Origin: an uncultured delta proteobacterium
Lineage (GTDB): Bacteria; Myxococcota_A; Polyangia; Fen-1088
Reading direction: 5' to 3'
DNA: 64,000 nucleotides
Assembly (NCBI GenBank): GCA_963755125.1
Contig: CAVWIP010000001.1
Location: forward strand, 192,001-256,000
Positions 1-9,369 of the stretch are shown here, piece by piece. Position numbers and translations under genes: made by a program. The notes beneath the pieces were generated by a model, which saw only the letters and a list, made by a program, of their open reading frames with translations, searched no databases and had not been told where the DNA came from. Position 1 is the stretch's first letter. Each line of letters opens with the position of its first letter.

Positions 1-1
1 C

Positions 2-577
2 CCAAGCGCCGGGACATTCGCAGCAACTCGCTACATGACCGATGTTAGGTATCTTCACACGGCGACGTTATTGGGCAGTGGCAAGGTGCTCATCACCGGC
101 GGAAGCGCCGGCACCGGCTCTCTCGCGAGCGCGGAGGTATACGACCCAAGCGCTGGGACATTTGCAACAACCGGCAGCATGACCGTGGCAAGGGCGTGGC
201 ACACGGCGACCTTGCTACCAAGCGGGATGGTCCTCATCGCCGGCGGAGCGTACGGTCTTGGGGGCGCGGAGCTGTACAGCCCAGGAGCCGGGACATTTGC
301 AGCAACCGGCAGCATGACCGCAGGTAGATATCTCCACACGGCGACGTTGCTGGAGAATGGAAAGGTGCTCATCGCAGGCGGGTGCGGCGCTTTGGGGTGT
401 GGTGGTGGCGGGGACCTCGCGAGTGCGGAGCTGTACAGCCCAGGAGCCGGGACATTTGCAGCAACCGGCAGCATGACTGCGCCAAGGGAGTTGCACACGG
501 CGACCTTGTTGCCGAACGGGAAGGTGCTCATCGCCGGCGGGGACAGTGGTCTCGCGAGCGCTGAACTATACCAATAG
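2..577 (+). CDS. Kelch-repeat (beta-propeller) protein, C-terminal part; open at the left edge
   Basis: Four repeats of R-x-x-HTATLL-x-x-GKVLIAGG...AELY; the frame is open from base 2 (PSAGTFAATRYM...), so the gene starts before the window. Confidence 0.9.
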   Translation, partial: PSAGTFAATRYMTDVRYLHTATLLGSGKVLITGGSAGTGSLASAEVYDPSAGTFATTGSMTVARAWHTATLLPSGMVLIAGGAYGLGGAELYSPGAGTFAATGSMTAGRYLHTATLLENGKVLIAGGCGALGCGGGGDLASAELYSPGAGTFAATGSMTAPRELHTATLLPNGKVLIAGGDSGLASAELYQ

Positions 578-588
578 AGCGCCGCCGG

Positions 589-731
589 CTACTCGCCGAC
601 TTCCTTCAGCACTTCGGCACAGATCCGATCCGAGAGGTACATCCCGCCCCGGCGCAGGTGTTCGAGGGCGTCGCGATATCCAGCTTCAGGGCCAGGAGGG
701 TCTCATCCGGAATGTTCAATCGAACCACGTG
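589..731 (-). pseudogene. Internally deleted UPF0175/DUF3368 toxin-antitoxin remnant
   Basis: 731-678 translates as HVVRLNIPDETLLALKLD (antitoxin N-terminus type); 675-589 translates as RDALEHLRRGGMYLSDRICAEVLKEVGE*, nearly identical to the C-terminus of the intact toxin at 10005-10490. Confidence 0.85.
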
Positions 732-741
732 GGCCGAAAAA

Positions 742-928
742 CTTTGCCACCAGTTTGCCACGACACCCTACTTTTCGGCGGTTTCAGCCGGAAATCCCCG
801 GTTCGGAACGGGTTGCTCCCACCGGGCCGAACTCTCTAAGATCCTTCAGAAAACCAGCGCAAGGCCGCGTCGCGCCTGGGTTTTTTCTGAATGAGCTTCG
901 AGCAGTTCAAGTCCCGATGGGGTCACCA
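742..928 (+). repeat. 187-bp direct repeat copy 1 (att-like element end)
   Basis: Aligns without gaps to 10797-10983 with about 12 mismatches by my count; starts with tandem TTTGCCAC motifs and ends in GTTCAAGTCCCGATGGGGTCACCA (905-928), a tRNA T-loop/acceptor/CCA fragment. Confidence 0.95.
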
Positions 929-974
929 CTTTTTGCGCTGCTCTTGTCGTGGTTCGTGCGTCGCCGTGGGCTGT

Positions 975-1039
975 TTGTGTAAGGCACAGGTTGCACAAGA
1001 ATTCTTGTGTAAACGAATCGTGCGATATGCTTTACACAA
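975..1039. promoter_or_regulatory. Operator-like array overlapping the fic promoter
   Basis: TTGTGTAA (975, 1005), TTGCACAA (991), TTACACAA (1032); perfect palindrome CACAAGAATTCTTGTG at 994-1009; -10-like TATGCT at 1026-1031. Confidence 0.55.
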
Positions 1040-1051
1040 ACTCAGCGGATC

Positions 1052-2176
1052 GTGAGCACAATGAAGCCCGCCCTGCCGTCGAAATTGCCCGCAGCGGACG
1101 TCCAGTGGGAGTCACTTATCCCGGCGCTCGGCAAGGCCAATCGTGCGCTGGCGCGCTACGACGGAATCTTGTTCAGCGTTCCCGACCCCGCGATCTTGCT
1201 GTCGCCCATGACCACGCAAGAGGCGGTGCTTTCGTCGCGCATCGAGGGAACGCAGGCCACGTTGAACGAGGTTCTGAGATTTGAGGCAGGGGACGAGCCC
1301 GAGCAGGAGTCCAGGCGCTTCGATATCCAGGAGATCATCAACTATCGTGCTGCTCTCCGCCGCGCCCAGGAGTCGTTGCGCAGTCGGCCCTTCAACTTGA
1401 ACCTGCTCCTGGATCTTCATGCCCAACTTCTCGACAGCGTTCGCGGGCGCAACAAAGGGCGCGGCCATTTTCGTCGCGTGCAGAACTGGATTGGAAGCGC
1501 GGGCTGCACCATTGAGCAGGCGGACTTCGTGCCCCCCGATCCAATGGTCCTCATGGAGTACCTCGACAACTGGGAGAAGTACTACCACTCGGACCGACCC
1601 GATCCGCTGGTTCAGTTGGCCATCGTGCACGCCCAGTTCGAAATCATCCACCCGTTTCTCGACGGGAATGGACGCATCGGGCGCATCCTGATTCCGCTGT
1701 TCCTGTTCGAGAAACACCTGCTGTCACAGCCTATGTTCTACCTCTCCGCGTACTTCGACCAGCATCGCGACGAGTACGTGGCCCGGCTTCGAGCGCTCGG
1801 TAGTACCGCCCAGTCCTGGAACGCATGGATCGAGTTCTTTCTTGCGGCCGTCGAGGCGCAGGCCCTTCGGAATGCGGACAAGGCTCGCGACATCAAGGCG
1901 CTGTACGACCGTCTGAAATCTCAGGTTATCGAGCTGACCCGTTCGCAGTTCGCGGTGCCTCTGCTCGATGCGCTCTTCGAGACCCCGGTGTTCCCCAGCA
2001 CCCAGGTCCGGCTCCCCGGCCGCAAGCAGCCCAGCCGCCAGGCGGTTGCCCAACTCCTCCGCGTACTGCGCGAGGAGAAGATTCTCAAGGTGGTTCGCGA
2101 AGGCAGCGGGCGGCGAGCTCAGGTGCTTGCGCTGGCCGAGCTGATCAACCTGGCCGAAGGCAGGACCGTCATCTGA
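1052..2176 (+). CDS. Fic family protein (Fic/DOC N-terminal domain, Fic domain, C-terminal wHTH-like region)
   Basis: Canonical HPFLDGNGRIGR motif and EAVLSSRIEG inhibitory motif; start may be ATG at 1061. Confidence 0.93.
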   Translation: MSTMKPALPSKLPAADVQWESLIPALGKANRALARYDGILFSVPDPAILLSPMTTQEAVLSSRIEGTQATLNEVLRFEAGDEPEQESRRFDIQEIINYRAALRRAQESLRSRPFNLNLLLDLHAQLLDSVRGRNKGRGHFRRVQNWIGSAGCTIEQADFVPPDPMVLMEYLDNWEKYYHSDRPDPLVQLAIVHAQFEIIHPFLDGNGRIGRILIPLFLFEKHLLSQPMFYLSAYFDQHRDEYVARLRALGSTAQSWNAWIEFFLAAVEAQALRNADKARDIKALYDRLKSQVIELTRSQFAVPLLDALFETPVFPSTQVRLPGRKQPSRQAVAQLLRVLREEKILKVVREGSGRRAQVLALAELINLAEGRTVI

Positions 2177-3638
2177 CCGCGGTTGCGCGACGTCGCGGAG
2201 TGCGGGTGGCGGGACTGGACGCGGCTTCGCTGGCGGCGCGGGCGGCGCGGATGCGGGCGAGGAGGGCGGAGGCGGGCTCATAGTCGCGGCCTTCTTGGCG
2301 AGCCAGTTCGGCCTCGGTGGGAACCAGCTCGCCGCGGAAGGCTTTGGCGAGAATCGCCTGGGTGATCTTGTCGGCGCGGGTGGTGGCCGCGGCCACGCGA
2401 GCCTCGATGGCGTCGGCGAGCTTGAACAGGGCGTCCACGCGGCGGACGATTTCGTGCTGCTCGGCGACGGGTGGAACTGGCAACGGCAATCGGCGAAAGT
2501 CCTCCACGTTGTGACCCCCTGTAGCGCGACACCCTTCTTCTCGTCGGTCAGCCACTTCTGGATCTCGGGGCACTGGATGGCCAATACGAGGAATGGGGTG
2601 CGGCTTGTGCCGTCAGGGCTGAAGCGGACAAGATGCTGCGTGATGTTCCCCCCCTCCAGTTCTGGCGGAACCACCGCAACTCGTCCGATTGTTCCGTCCT
2701 TCGAGATCAGGACATCGCCTGCGCGAAGCGTGGCACGCTTGAATAGCGCGGCCCGCTCGGGGGATGTGCGCTTCAGCGACTCCACATCGATCCGGCCGTC
2801 TTTCATCTCCACCACGCGAACGTACGGAACGCCGTTCTCAATGTGGGGACCGGGCTTGATGATTCCGTAGATGATGGGACGGTCCCTGTCACGAAGCTCA
2901 TCCAAGGCCCGCCATGCCCACTCCGCTGGAATCTCGAACAGAGCATCCGCGGCCAAGCCCGAAGACGGCGTGTTCGGTTTCTTCAGGGGTGCGCTTGGAT
3001 GCTGTTCCCCGCCAGCCTTCGGTCAGGCGGCCGGAGCAGGCGGCGGAGAGGATGGATTGGCGGAAGCGTTTCAGGATGGTGGGGACCTTGGCGAGGTGGG
3101 CGCGGGCGGCGTTGACCTGGGCCAGCAGCGCCTCGACCTTCTCGACGATCCGCCGCTGCTCGGCGAGAGGGGGCAGGGGCACGGCGATTTCGGACAGTTC
3201 GCCCTTTCGGATGCTTGGAACTGTCGTGGCCTGGGTGAGTGGCATGAAATCGATCGTCTCCAGAAAACGGAGAAGCCATCGATCCTCGACCGCACCGCCA
3301 GAGATTGCGGCCATCATGTTGTTGTCGATGCATGAGCGGACGCCAATCTGCCGGCGACGATTGAGACGAATTGCCATCCCGATCTTCGCAAAGACAACTG
3401 CGCCAGGCGGAATGATCTTGGCGCCAAGCTGCTGCGCCATTCGCTCGTCGATCGAGTGGGCAGACCTTAGAAGAGGTTCTCCGGAAGGCACCTCGCCGAG
3501 GTTCCCAACCTTGAAGAACGGAAGCGAGCCGTCTGTGCGCCCCTGATGTTCGAGGGGAAAGCCCGCACCGCTAGTCAGGTCGGCAAGATCACCGAGACTT
3601 GTCCCCGCCCACCCTTCCGGCAGTTCCTCCTCGCTCAT
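2169..3638 (-). pseudogene. hsdS: Type I R-M specificity subunit, two frameshifts
   Basis: MSEEELPEGW..TRD1..PLPPLAEQRRIV; +1 base in the C4 run at 3007-3010; TRD2 in a second frame (EIPAEW); +2 bases near 2511; final PVPPVAEQHEIV..AFRGELVP in the first frame. Confidence 0.88.
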
Positions 3639-5116
3639 CGCGCCGACTTCCCCGCGGCCTTGCCGTTTCCGTTTCCATTCTCCAGCAGCGCCAGCACTTT
3701 GCCGAGATCCGCGACAGCGCCCTGCAATTCCTCGATCGCCTCGCCGGCCAGATCCTCTGGCTCGGCCAAATCGTCGGCATCGTCGATGGATTCTTCTTTC
3801 AGCCACTTGAAGCCATCAAGCTTGAACTGACGATCTTTCACCTCGCTGATGGGGAAGCTGCGCCAGCGATCTTCTTTCGAGTCGGACGGCTTGCGCTTGG
3901 CATTGCCGTTGGGGTCGGCGCCGAAGCACTTGTCGAACTCGGCAAAGTGGGAGGGAACCAGCGGGCGATCCTTCTTGGTGATGCCAGGCACGTTGGTGCG
4001 GGCGTCGTAGATCCAGACGGTTTCGGTGGGGCAACCCTTGGTGAAGAAGACCACGTTGGCTTTCACGCCCTGGCTGTAGGGGGTGAAGGTGCCGCGGGGC
4101 AAGCGCAGGACGGTGTGCAGGTCGGCGTCCTCGGTCAGGATCTTGAACACCTCGCCGGCCTGGTCAGCGAACAGGCAGTTGTCGGGCAGGACCACGGCCG
4201 CGCGGCCACCGGGCTTGAGGATGGTCAGCACGTGCTGGACGAAGTTGAGTTGCTTGTTCGAGGTGGCGACGGTGAAGTCCTCGCGCACGGGATTTTGGTT
4301 GGCGCCCTTGGTGCCGAAGGGCGGATTGGTCAGGATCACGTCGAAGCGGTCGCTTGACGGCGGCTGGTCGATGGAGTCGCCGAGACGAATGGTGGGCTCG
4401 ATGCCGTGCAGGTACAGGTTCATCAGGGCCATGCGGCGCGGGCGCGGGACCAGCTCTTGCCCGTGGTAGGTCGACCGCTTCACCCGCCTGGCCACGTCGC
4501 GGTCGAGGGCGCCGCCCTTGCTTTCGGCGGCCAGCCATTCATAGGCGGAAACCAGAAAGCCGCCCGTGCCGCAGGCCGGATCGCAGATGGTGAAGTCGCG
4601 CGCCTTGCGCGGGTCGGGCTTCATGCAGCGAACGATGGATTGGATGAGCACGCGCGGGGTGAAATACTGGCCCGCGCCTTTCTTGCCCTCGCTGGCGGCC
4701 TTTTCCAGCAAGCCCTCGTAGGCGGCGGCCTTCACGTCCACGCCGAGCTCGGTCCATTCGGTTTCGTCGATGAGGCCGACCAGGCGCTTGAGGTTGACGG
4801 GATTGTTGAAGCGCGACTGCGCGCCCGCGTAGATGTCACCCAGCATGCCGGGCTGCGCGCCCAGGGCGCGCAACGTGTCCACATACTGGTTCACAAGGTC
4901 GTTGCCCGATTGGGAGACCAAGTTTGCCCACGAGCAATCGACGACCTCGACCTTCTTCTGACGCTCGACCTTCAGCTTGGTGAAGTCCAGGCCCTTCTCG
5001 TCGGCCATCTTCAGAAACAGCAGATAGGTGATCTGCTCGATGTAGTCGCCGTAGTCGATGCCGTCGTGGCGCAGGGTATGGCAGAAGCCCCAGAGTTTCT
5101 GAACAACGTCGGTCAT
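3635..5116 (-). CDS. hsdM: Type I R-M N6-adenine methyltransferase subunit
   Basis: GQYFTPR, DPACGTGGFL (motif I), NPPF (motif IV); intact 493 aa; ATGA overlap with hsdS. Confidence 0.95.
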   Translation of the reverse strand: MTDVVQKLWGFCHTLRHDGIDYGDYIEQITYLLFLKMADEKGLDFTKLKVERQKKVEVVDCSWANLVSQSGNDLVNQYVDTLRALGAQPGMLGDIYAGAQSRFNNPVNLKRLVGLIDETEWTELGVDVKAAAYEGLLEKAASEGKKGAGQYFTPRVLIQSIVRCMKPDPRKARDFTICDPACGTGGFLVSAYEWLAAESKGGALDRDVARRVKRSTYHGQELVPRPRRMALMNLYLHGIEPTIRLGDSIDQPPSSDRFDVILTNPPFGTKGANQNPVREDFTVATSNKQLNFVQHVLTILKPGGRAAVVLPDNCLFADQAGEVFKILTEDADLHTVLRLPRGTFTPYSQGVKANVVFFTKGCPTETVWIYDARTNVPGITKKDRPLVPSHFAEFDKCFGADPNGNAKRKPSDSKEDRWRSFPISEVKDRQFKLDGFKWLKEESIDDADDLAEPEDLAGEAIEELQGAVADLGKVLALLENGNGNGKAAGKSAR

Positions 5117-5127
5117 GTGGACGGGGA

Positions 5128-6769
5128 TTATGCTGCCACGGCGCCGTTCAGGTCACGGATCAAGTGGTCGAAATTCTTGCCGAAGGCGCGGCGGGCAGCG
5201 GCGAGGCCACCGGCGCGGTCGAGAATGGGTAGGATGCCGAAGTCATCCGGTTCGAGGGAAAGGTTCTCGCGCAGGGCTTGGCCGATGCGATCCAGCCAGG
5301 CTTGCTGGTCGGGCGTGAAGGTCTGGCCTGCGGTCAGGCGGGCGAGGGCGCGCGTCACGCGCTCGTCGGGTCTTGGGAAAGCGTCCGAATTCCTGCTCGT
5401 GGGCCAGAGCGTACTTCTTGACCTCGTCGACGATTTTCCGGTTCGAGTCGGGCGCGGTGATTTTGCGCTCGATCTCGGTGGGGTCGAACTGGCGCTCGTC
5501 CTCCAACAGGTCGAGCTGGCGCGCGCCGGTCTCGGTGTCCACGCGCTCGACCTGCTCGCCCTCTTTCAAGAACACGCCAGTCATGCGCACGTCGGAGCGG
5601 ATCGAGGTCAGGTTGTAGTCGACAAGGTGGCCCTCGCTGACTGCCTGCTCGTAGCTGTAATGGAAAACGGGTGCGCCAAAGTAGCCGGTGGTGTGCTTGG
5701 CGGGCGTGGCGGTGAGCCCGATCTTGATGGCGTCGAAGTGGTCGAGCGTGCCGCGCCAGGCGGACAGCTCGGCCGAGGTGTAGCCGCGGTGACATTCGTC
5801 GGCGACGATGAGGTCGAAAGCGTGGATCGGGATGTCTAGGCGATCCACGTCGGTGTCGAATGGCTCGTCGCCCACACCGAAGATGGCGTCGCGGCCGAGC
5901 ACGTTGATCGCCATGCGCTGGATGGTGCAGACGTAGACGAAGGCGTGGCCCGCGTCCGGCGCGGTCAGGTACTCGTTGGGCATCAAGGTGAAGTCGAACT
6001 TTTCGCCTTCGTCGAAGTCCTCGCGCTGGAAGCGGTTGCTGTAGACCTCGTAGACCTGATTGAACTTCTGGCCCGGTTCGGCGTCGAAACTGGAAAACGC
6101 ACGCACCGCCTGCGCCGCCAAGGCGCGCCGGTTGACCAGGAAAAGCACCCGCTTGGCCACGCCCGTCTTCATCAGCCGGTAGACCTGATTCACGACCGTG
6201 AACGTCTTGCCCGTGCGGGTGGCCATGGCAAGCAGCAGGCTGCGCTTGCGCTCGGCGATGGCCCGCTCGGTGGCCGTGTTCGCCTGCCTCTGGTACGGGC
6301 GCAGCCGGTCGCCCGCGTTCGGCAGTTCAAGGAGCCGCCTGCACGCCCCGTCGAAGTCTCGCGAGAGCAGTTCGCCCAGCGCCTCCGGCGTGTGGAAGTC
6401 GGCCACGCGCCGGGATCGGCTCTCCGGGTTGCGCGCGTCCCTGAACCAAATCTGCTCGCCGTTCGTGGAATACAGGAACGGCACGTGGATCCCGTCGAAG
6501 TCGTAAGGGCTAACGGTGAGCCCGCGCGCGTACCGTTCCGCCTGGATGAGGACATTCTGCGGATCCACCGCCGTCTTCTTCGCCTCGACGATGGCCACCG
6601 GCTTGCCGTCGAGGAAAAGCGCATAGTCCGCCGGCCCGTGCGCCGTCTCGTGCTCCTCCGTGCGACAAGCACCGGCGCCTTTCGGGGCCTTCACGCAACG
6701 CCACCCCCGCGCATCGAGCTTTGGGTCGATGCGGGACTTGCGGGTTAGGGATTCAGGGGAGGGGGGCAT
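5128..6769 (-). pseudogene. hsdR: Type I R-M restriction subunit with internal deletion
   Basis: PADY..VEAKK nuclease motif, altered Walker A MATRTGKT, DECHR, LTATP; stops matching after FPKT (~5370) and the HsdR C-terminal domain (DERVTRAL..QQAWLDRIG..) follows out of frame. Confidence 0.88.
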
Positions 6770-6955
6770 GGCGCCGTGCCTAGGGAGCGGCCAGCATCAT
6801 ATCGCTTCTGGCCAAGCCGCGCTCGAATGGCGATTTCGCGCCGATGGTGGAGTTTCACGAACCAGCAACAGGCGCTATACTAAGAAATCTTGTTTCCTGG
6901 CTTTGGCGGCCCGCGGACTGTGGGGTCGTCCAACCACACGAGGGACGATGTCCAC

Positions 6956-7972
6956 ATGAGTTCTGACGAGCTTCTTGAGCTAAAGGGTAGTCTGTCGGAT
7001 GAAGGTGCCAGCGTTGAATTGGCCTTGAGCAAAGACGTGCCTGGCGTGCTCGCGCGCGTGTTCCCGAAGTTTGCAGCAAAATCGCGCGCCAGGACTCTGC
7101 TCTCCTCTTTGGTCCTTGAGAAGGTCCAGAAGGGACAGCCTCTGGATTCAGCAGATATCCCCTACGTCATCGCCACGTTTGGAAAGGCCGAGGCCAATTG
7201 GATACGCATGCGAGAGATTGCGATGCGGGCTGCGAAGGCGATTGAAGAGGAGAAGAGAATTCTGGCGCTTCTGCCTTCACCGGAGCCGTCGGCCAAGCCA
7301 GCTGCAACGGCCGACGACTGGATCAGCAAGTTCTGGGAGGATGCCGGTCTGGTCTCTGATGAGGTCCTTCAGGAAGTCTACGGGCGCATTCTTGCGGCCG
7401 AGGCGACAACCCCTGGGACCTGCTCACTTAGAACCCTCCAGGTTCTCAGATACATGGATCGCTCAACAGCCGAGAGCTTCGCGGAGCTCGTGCCCGCCGC
7501 ATTCGATTGGGGGTGGGTTCCGAGAGACGAGAGTCTTCATCATGTTCTCGGTATCAGCTACGAACTTCTCATGGATCTTGACGACGCCGGGCTCGTCGAC
7601 TCGAATCCGAACATCGTACTTTCCGTGACATCCAGCGCCTACGTACCGAGATATGGCACGCTTGCGCTCTTCATGGAGAATGCCGCCGGCCTGGAGATTA
7701 GCGAATACCCGCTGACCCGTGCGGGAAAGGAACTTGCGCGCGTGGCGCAAATTCATCGGCGAGACGAACACTTCTTCGCAGTTGCCCGCTGGCTTCAATC
7801 GAGAAAGGCTGACATGCGGATGAGGTGGGCGCGAGTTCCAACCCCGACCTGGAACGGTGACGTCGATACATTGACCTGGGCGCCATTGCCTGTTGAATCG
7901 CCGAACTCTGCAAGCGCACCTTTCATAGGCAGTCTGGGTTCGAGCGCCAGTGCTGGTGGCGTAGGCTTTTGA
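6956..7972 (+). CDS. DUF2806 domain protein
   Basis: DDWISKFWEDAGLVSDEVLQEVYGRILAAEATTPGTCSLRTL matches the DUF2806 pattern as I recall it. Confidence 0.75.
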   Translation: MSSDELLELKGSLSDEGASVELALSKDVPGVLARVFPKFAAKSRARTLLSSLVLEKVQKGQPLDSADIPYVIATFGKAEANWIRMREIAMRAAKAIEEEKRILALLPSPEPSAKPAATADDWISKFWEDAGLVSDEVLQEVYGRILAAEATTPGTCSLRTLQVLRYMDRSTAESFAELVPAAFDWGWVPRDESLHHVLGISYELLMDLDDAGLVDSNPNIVLSVTSSAYVPRYGTLALFMENAAGLEISEYPLTRAGKELARVAQIHRRDEHFFAVARWLQSRKADMRMRWARVPTPTWNGDVDTLTWAPLPVESPNSASAPFIGSLGSSASAGGVGF

Positions 7973-8182
7973 TCTAGCTTCAGCTCCCTGTGAAACTCAT
8001 TTCGGAGGCATCTCCGCCACGTACTTCCTGGTGAGGAGAGCGTTTTCGATCCAATTCGCAGACAGGGTGATCAGACGCTTCAGATCGGTGATGTCCTTGT
8101 CAACCCACCGCCGCTCGTAGTGGACTTGACCCGGTTTGGTGGACACCCTCGCTCAGGAAAATGGGCGTAGAAAGGTGACCAC

Positions 8183-8488
8183 ATGTTGGACAAAGAGAAG
8201 AAGCGATCCCGGCGCATGCACACGCGCGAGTTCAAGGCAGACTTGGTGGCGCTCGTCCGTGCAGGACGCAGCGTCGCGCAGGTAGCAAAGGACTTCAGGG
8301 TGGCAAGCAGCCTGGTGTACCAGTGGGATCGGCAGTCGAGGGTAGACGAGGGCAAGGGCCCTGCTGGCGCCCTGACGACCGCCGAGAAGGAAGAACTTTC
8401 GCATCTGCGTCGCGAGGTGAAAGTCCTCCGCATGGAGCGTGAGATTTTAAAAAGGGCGGCCACCTTCTTCGCCAAGGAGAGCGCGTGA
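8183..8488 (+). CDS. IS3 transposase OrfA (HTH)
   Basis: HTREFKADLV..ELSHLRREVKVLRMEREILKRAATFFA; slippery T TTA AAA heptamer near 8446-8452 leading into the -1 frame. Confidence 0.92.
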   Translation: MLDKEKKRSRRMHTREFKADLVALVRAGRSVAQVAKDFRVASSLVYQWDRQSRVDEGKGPAGALTTAEKEELSHLRREVKVLRMEREILKRAATFFAKESA

Positions 8489-9369
8489 GGTTTGCGTTCA
8501 TCTCCGAGGAGAAGGTGGCCTTCCCCGTCGCGGTCCTCTGCCGTGTCTTGGCCGTTTCGCCCAGTGGCTACTACGCCAGCCAGGGACGGCCCGCCTCGTT
8601 GCACGCACGCCGTGACCAGGATCTGTCCGAGCGGATAGCCGCGATTCATCACGGGAGCCGGCGACGATACGGCAGTCCCCGTGTTCATGCCGACCTCAAA
8701 GCTTCCGGGGATCGGGTGGGTTGCAAGCGGGTGGCCAGGCTGATGCGCGAAAACAAGCTGGTGGCGCGCTGTCGTCATCGTTTTCGCACGACCACCGACT
8801 CGAAGCACAGCTTCCCCATCGCGCCGAATGTGCTGGAGCGCAACTTCACCGCGCTTCGTCCAAACCAGTCGTGGGTCACTGACATCACGTTTCTGTGGAC
8901 GCAGCAAGGCTGGCTGTACCTCGCGGTGATTCTCGACCTGTTTTCCAGGCGGGTTGTCGGCTGGGCGACCAGTCGGAATGTCGATCGCCACCTCGCGCTC
9001 GCGGCACTGGCCATGGCCTTGTGCCAACGCCAGCCCGGCAGCGGCCTGGTTCACCACTCAGATCGAGGCAGCACGTACGCGAGCGACGACTACCGCAAAG
9101 CCTTGGAAGCCGGAAGCATAGAATGCAGCATGAGCCGGAAGGGAGACTGCTGGGATAATGCCGTGGCCGAGAGTTTCTTCGCGACCCTCAAGCGCGAGTT
9201 GGAAGACATCGACGATCTCGAAAGCTGGGAGGCAGCTAACCTCTCGATTGGCGAGTACATCGAAGGCTTCTACAATCCTTGCCGCCGTCATTCGGCGCTC
9301 AATTACAACAGCCCAATCGAATTTGAGCTGATGCACTCAGTGAAGAAAGCTGGTAAGAAAGCTGCGTAA
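8485..9369 (+). CDS. IS3 transposase OrfB (DDE)
   Basis: WVTDIT, HHSDRGS, CWDNAVAESFF catalytic motifs; -1 frame relative to OrfA. Confidence 0.95.
   Translation: MRFAFISEEKVAFPVAVLCRVLAVSPSGYYASQGRPASLHARRDQDLSERIAAIHHGSRRRYGSPRVHADLKASGDRVGCKRVARLMRENKLVARCRHRFRTTTDSKHSFPIAPNVLERNFTALRPNQSWVTDITFLWTQQGWLYLAVILDLFSRRVVGWATSRNVDRHLALAALAMALCQRQPGSGLVHHSDRGSTYASDDYRKALEAGSIECSMSRKGDCWDNAVAESFFATLKRELEDIDDLESWEAANLSIGEYIEGFYNPCRRHSALNYNSPIEFELMHSVKKAGKKAA

Noticed and set aside
855..928. Complete tRNA gene within the 187-bp repeats
   Set aside because: No 5' acceptor strand, D-arm or pairing T-stem 5' strand; only the 3' 24 nt are tRNA-like
4406..5839. Long plus-strand ORF opposite hsdM/hsdR, and similar long antisense ORFs (18249-19994, 28870-30189, 37746-39020)
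   Set aside because: High-GC antisense shadows of well-supported genes with no recognisable motifs
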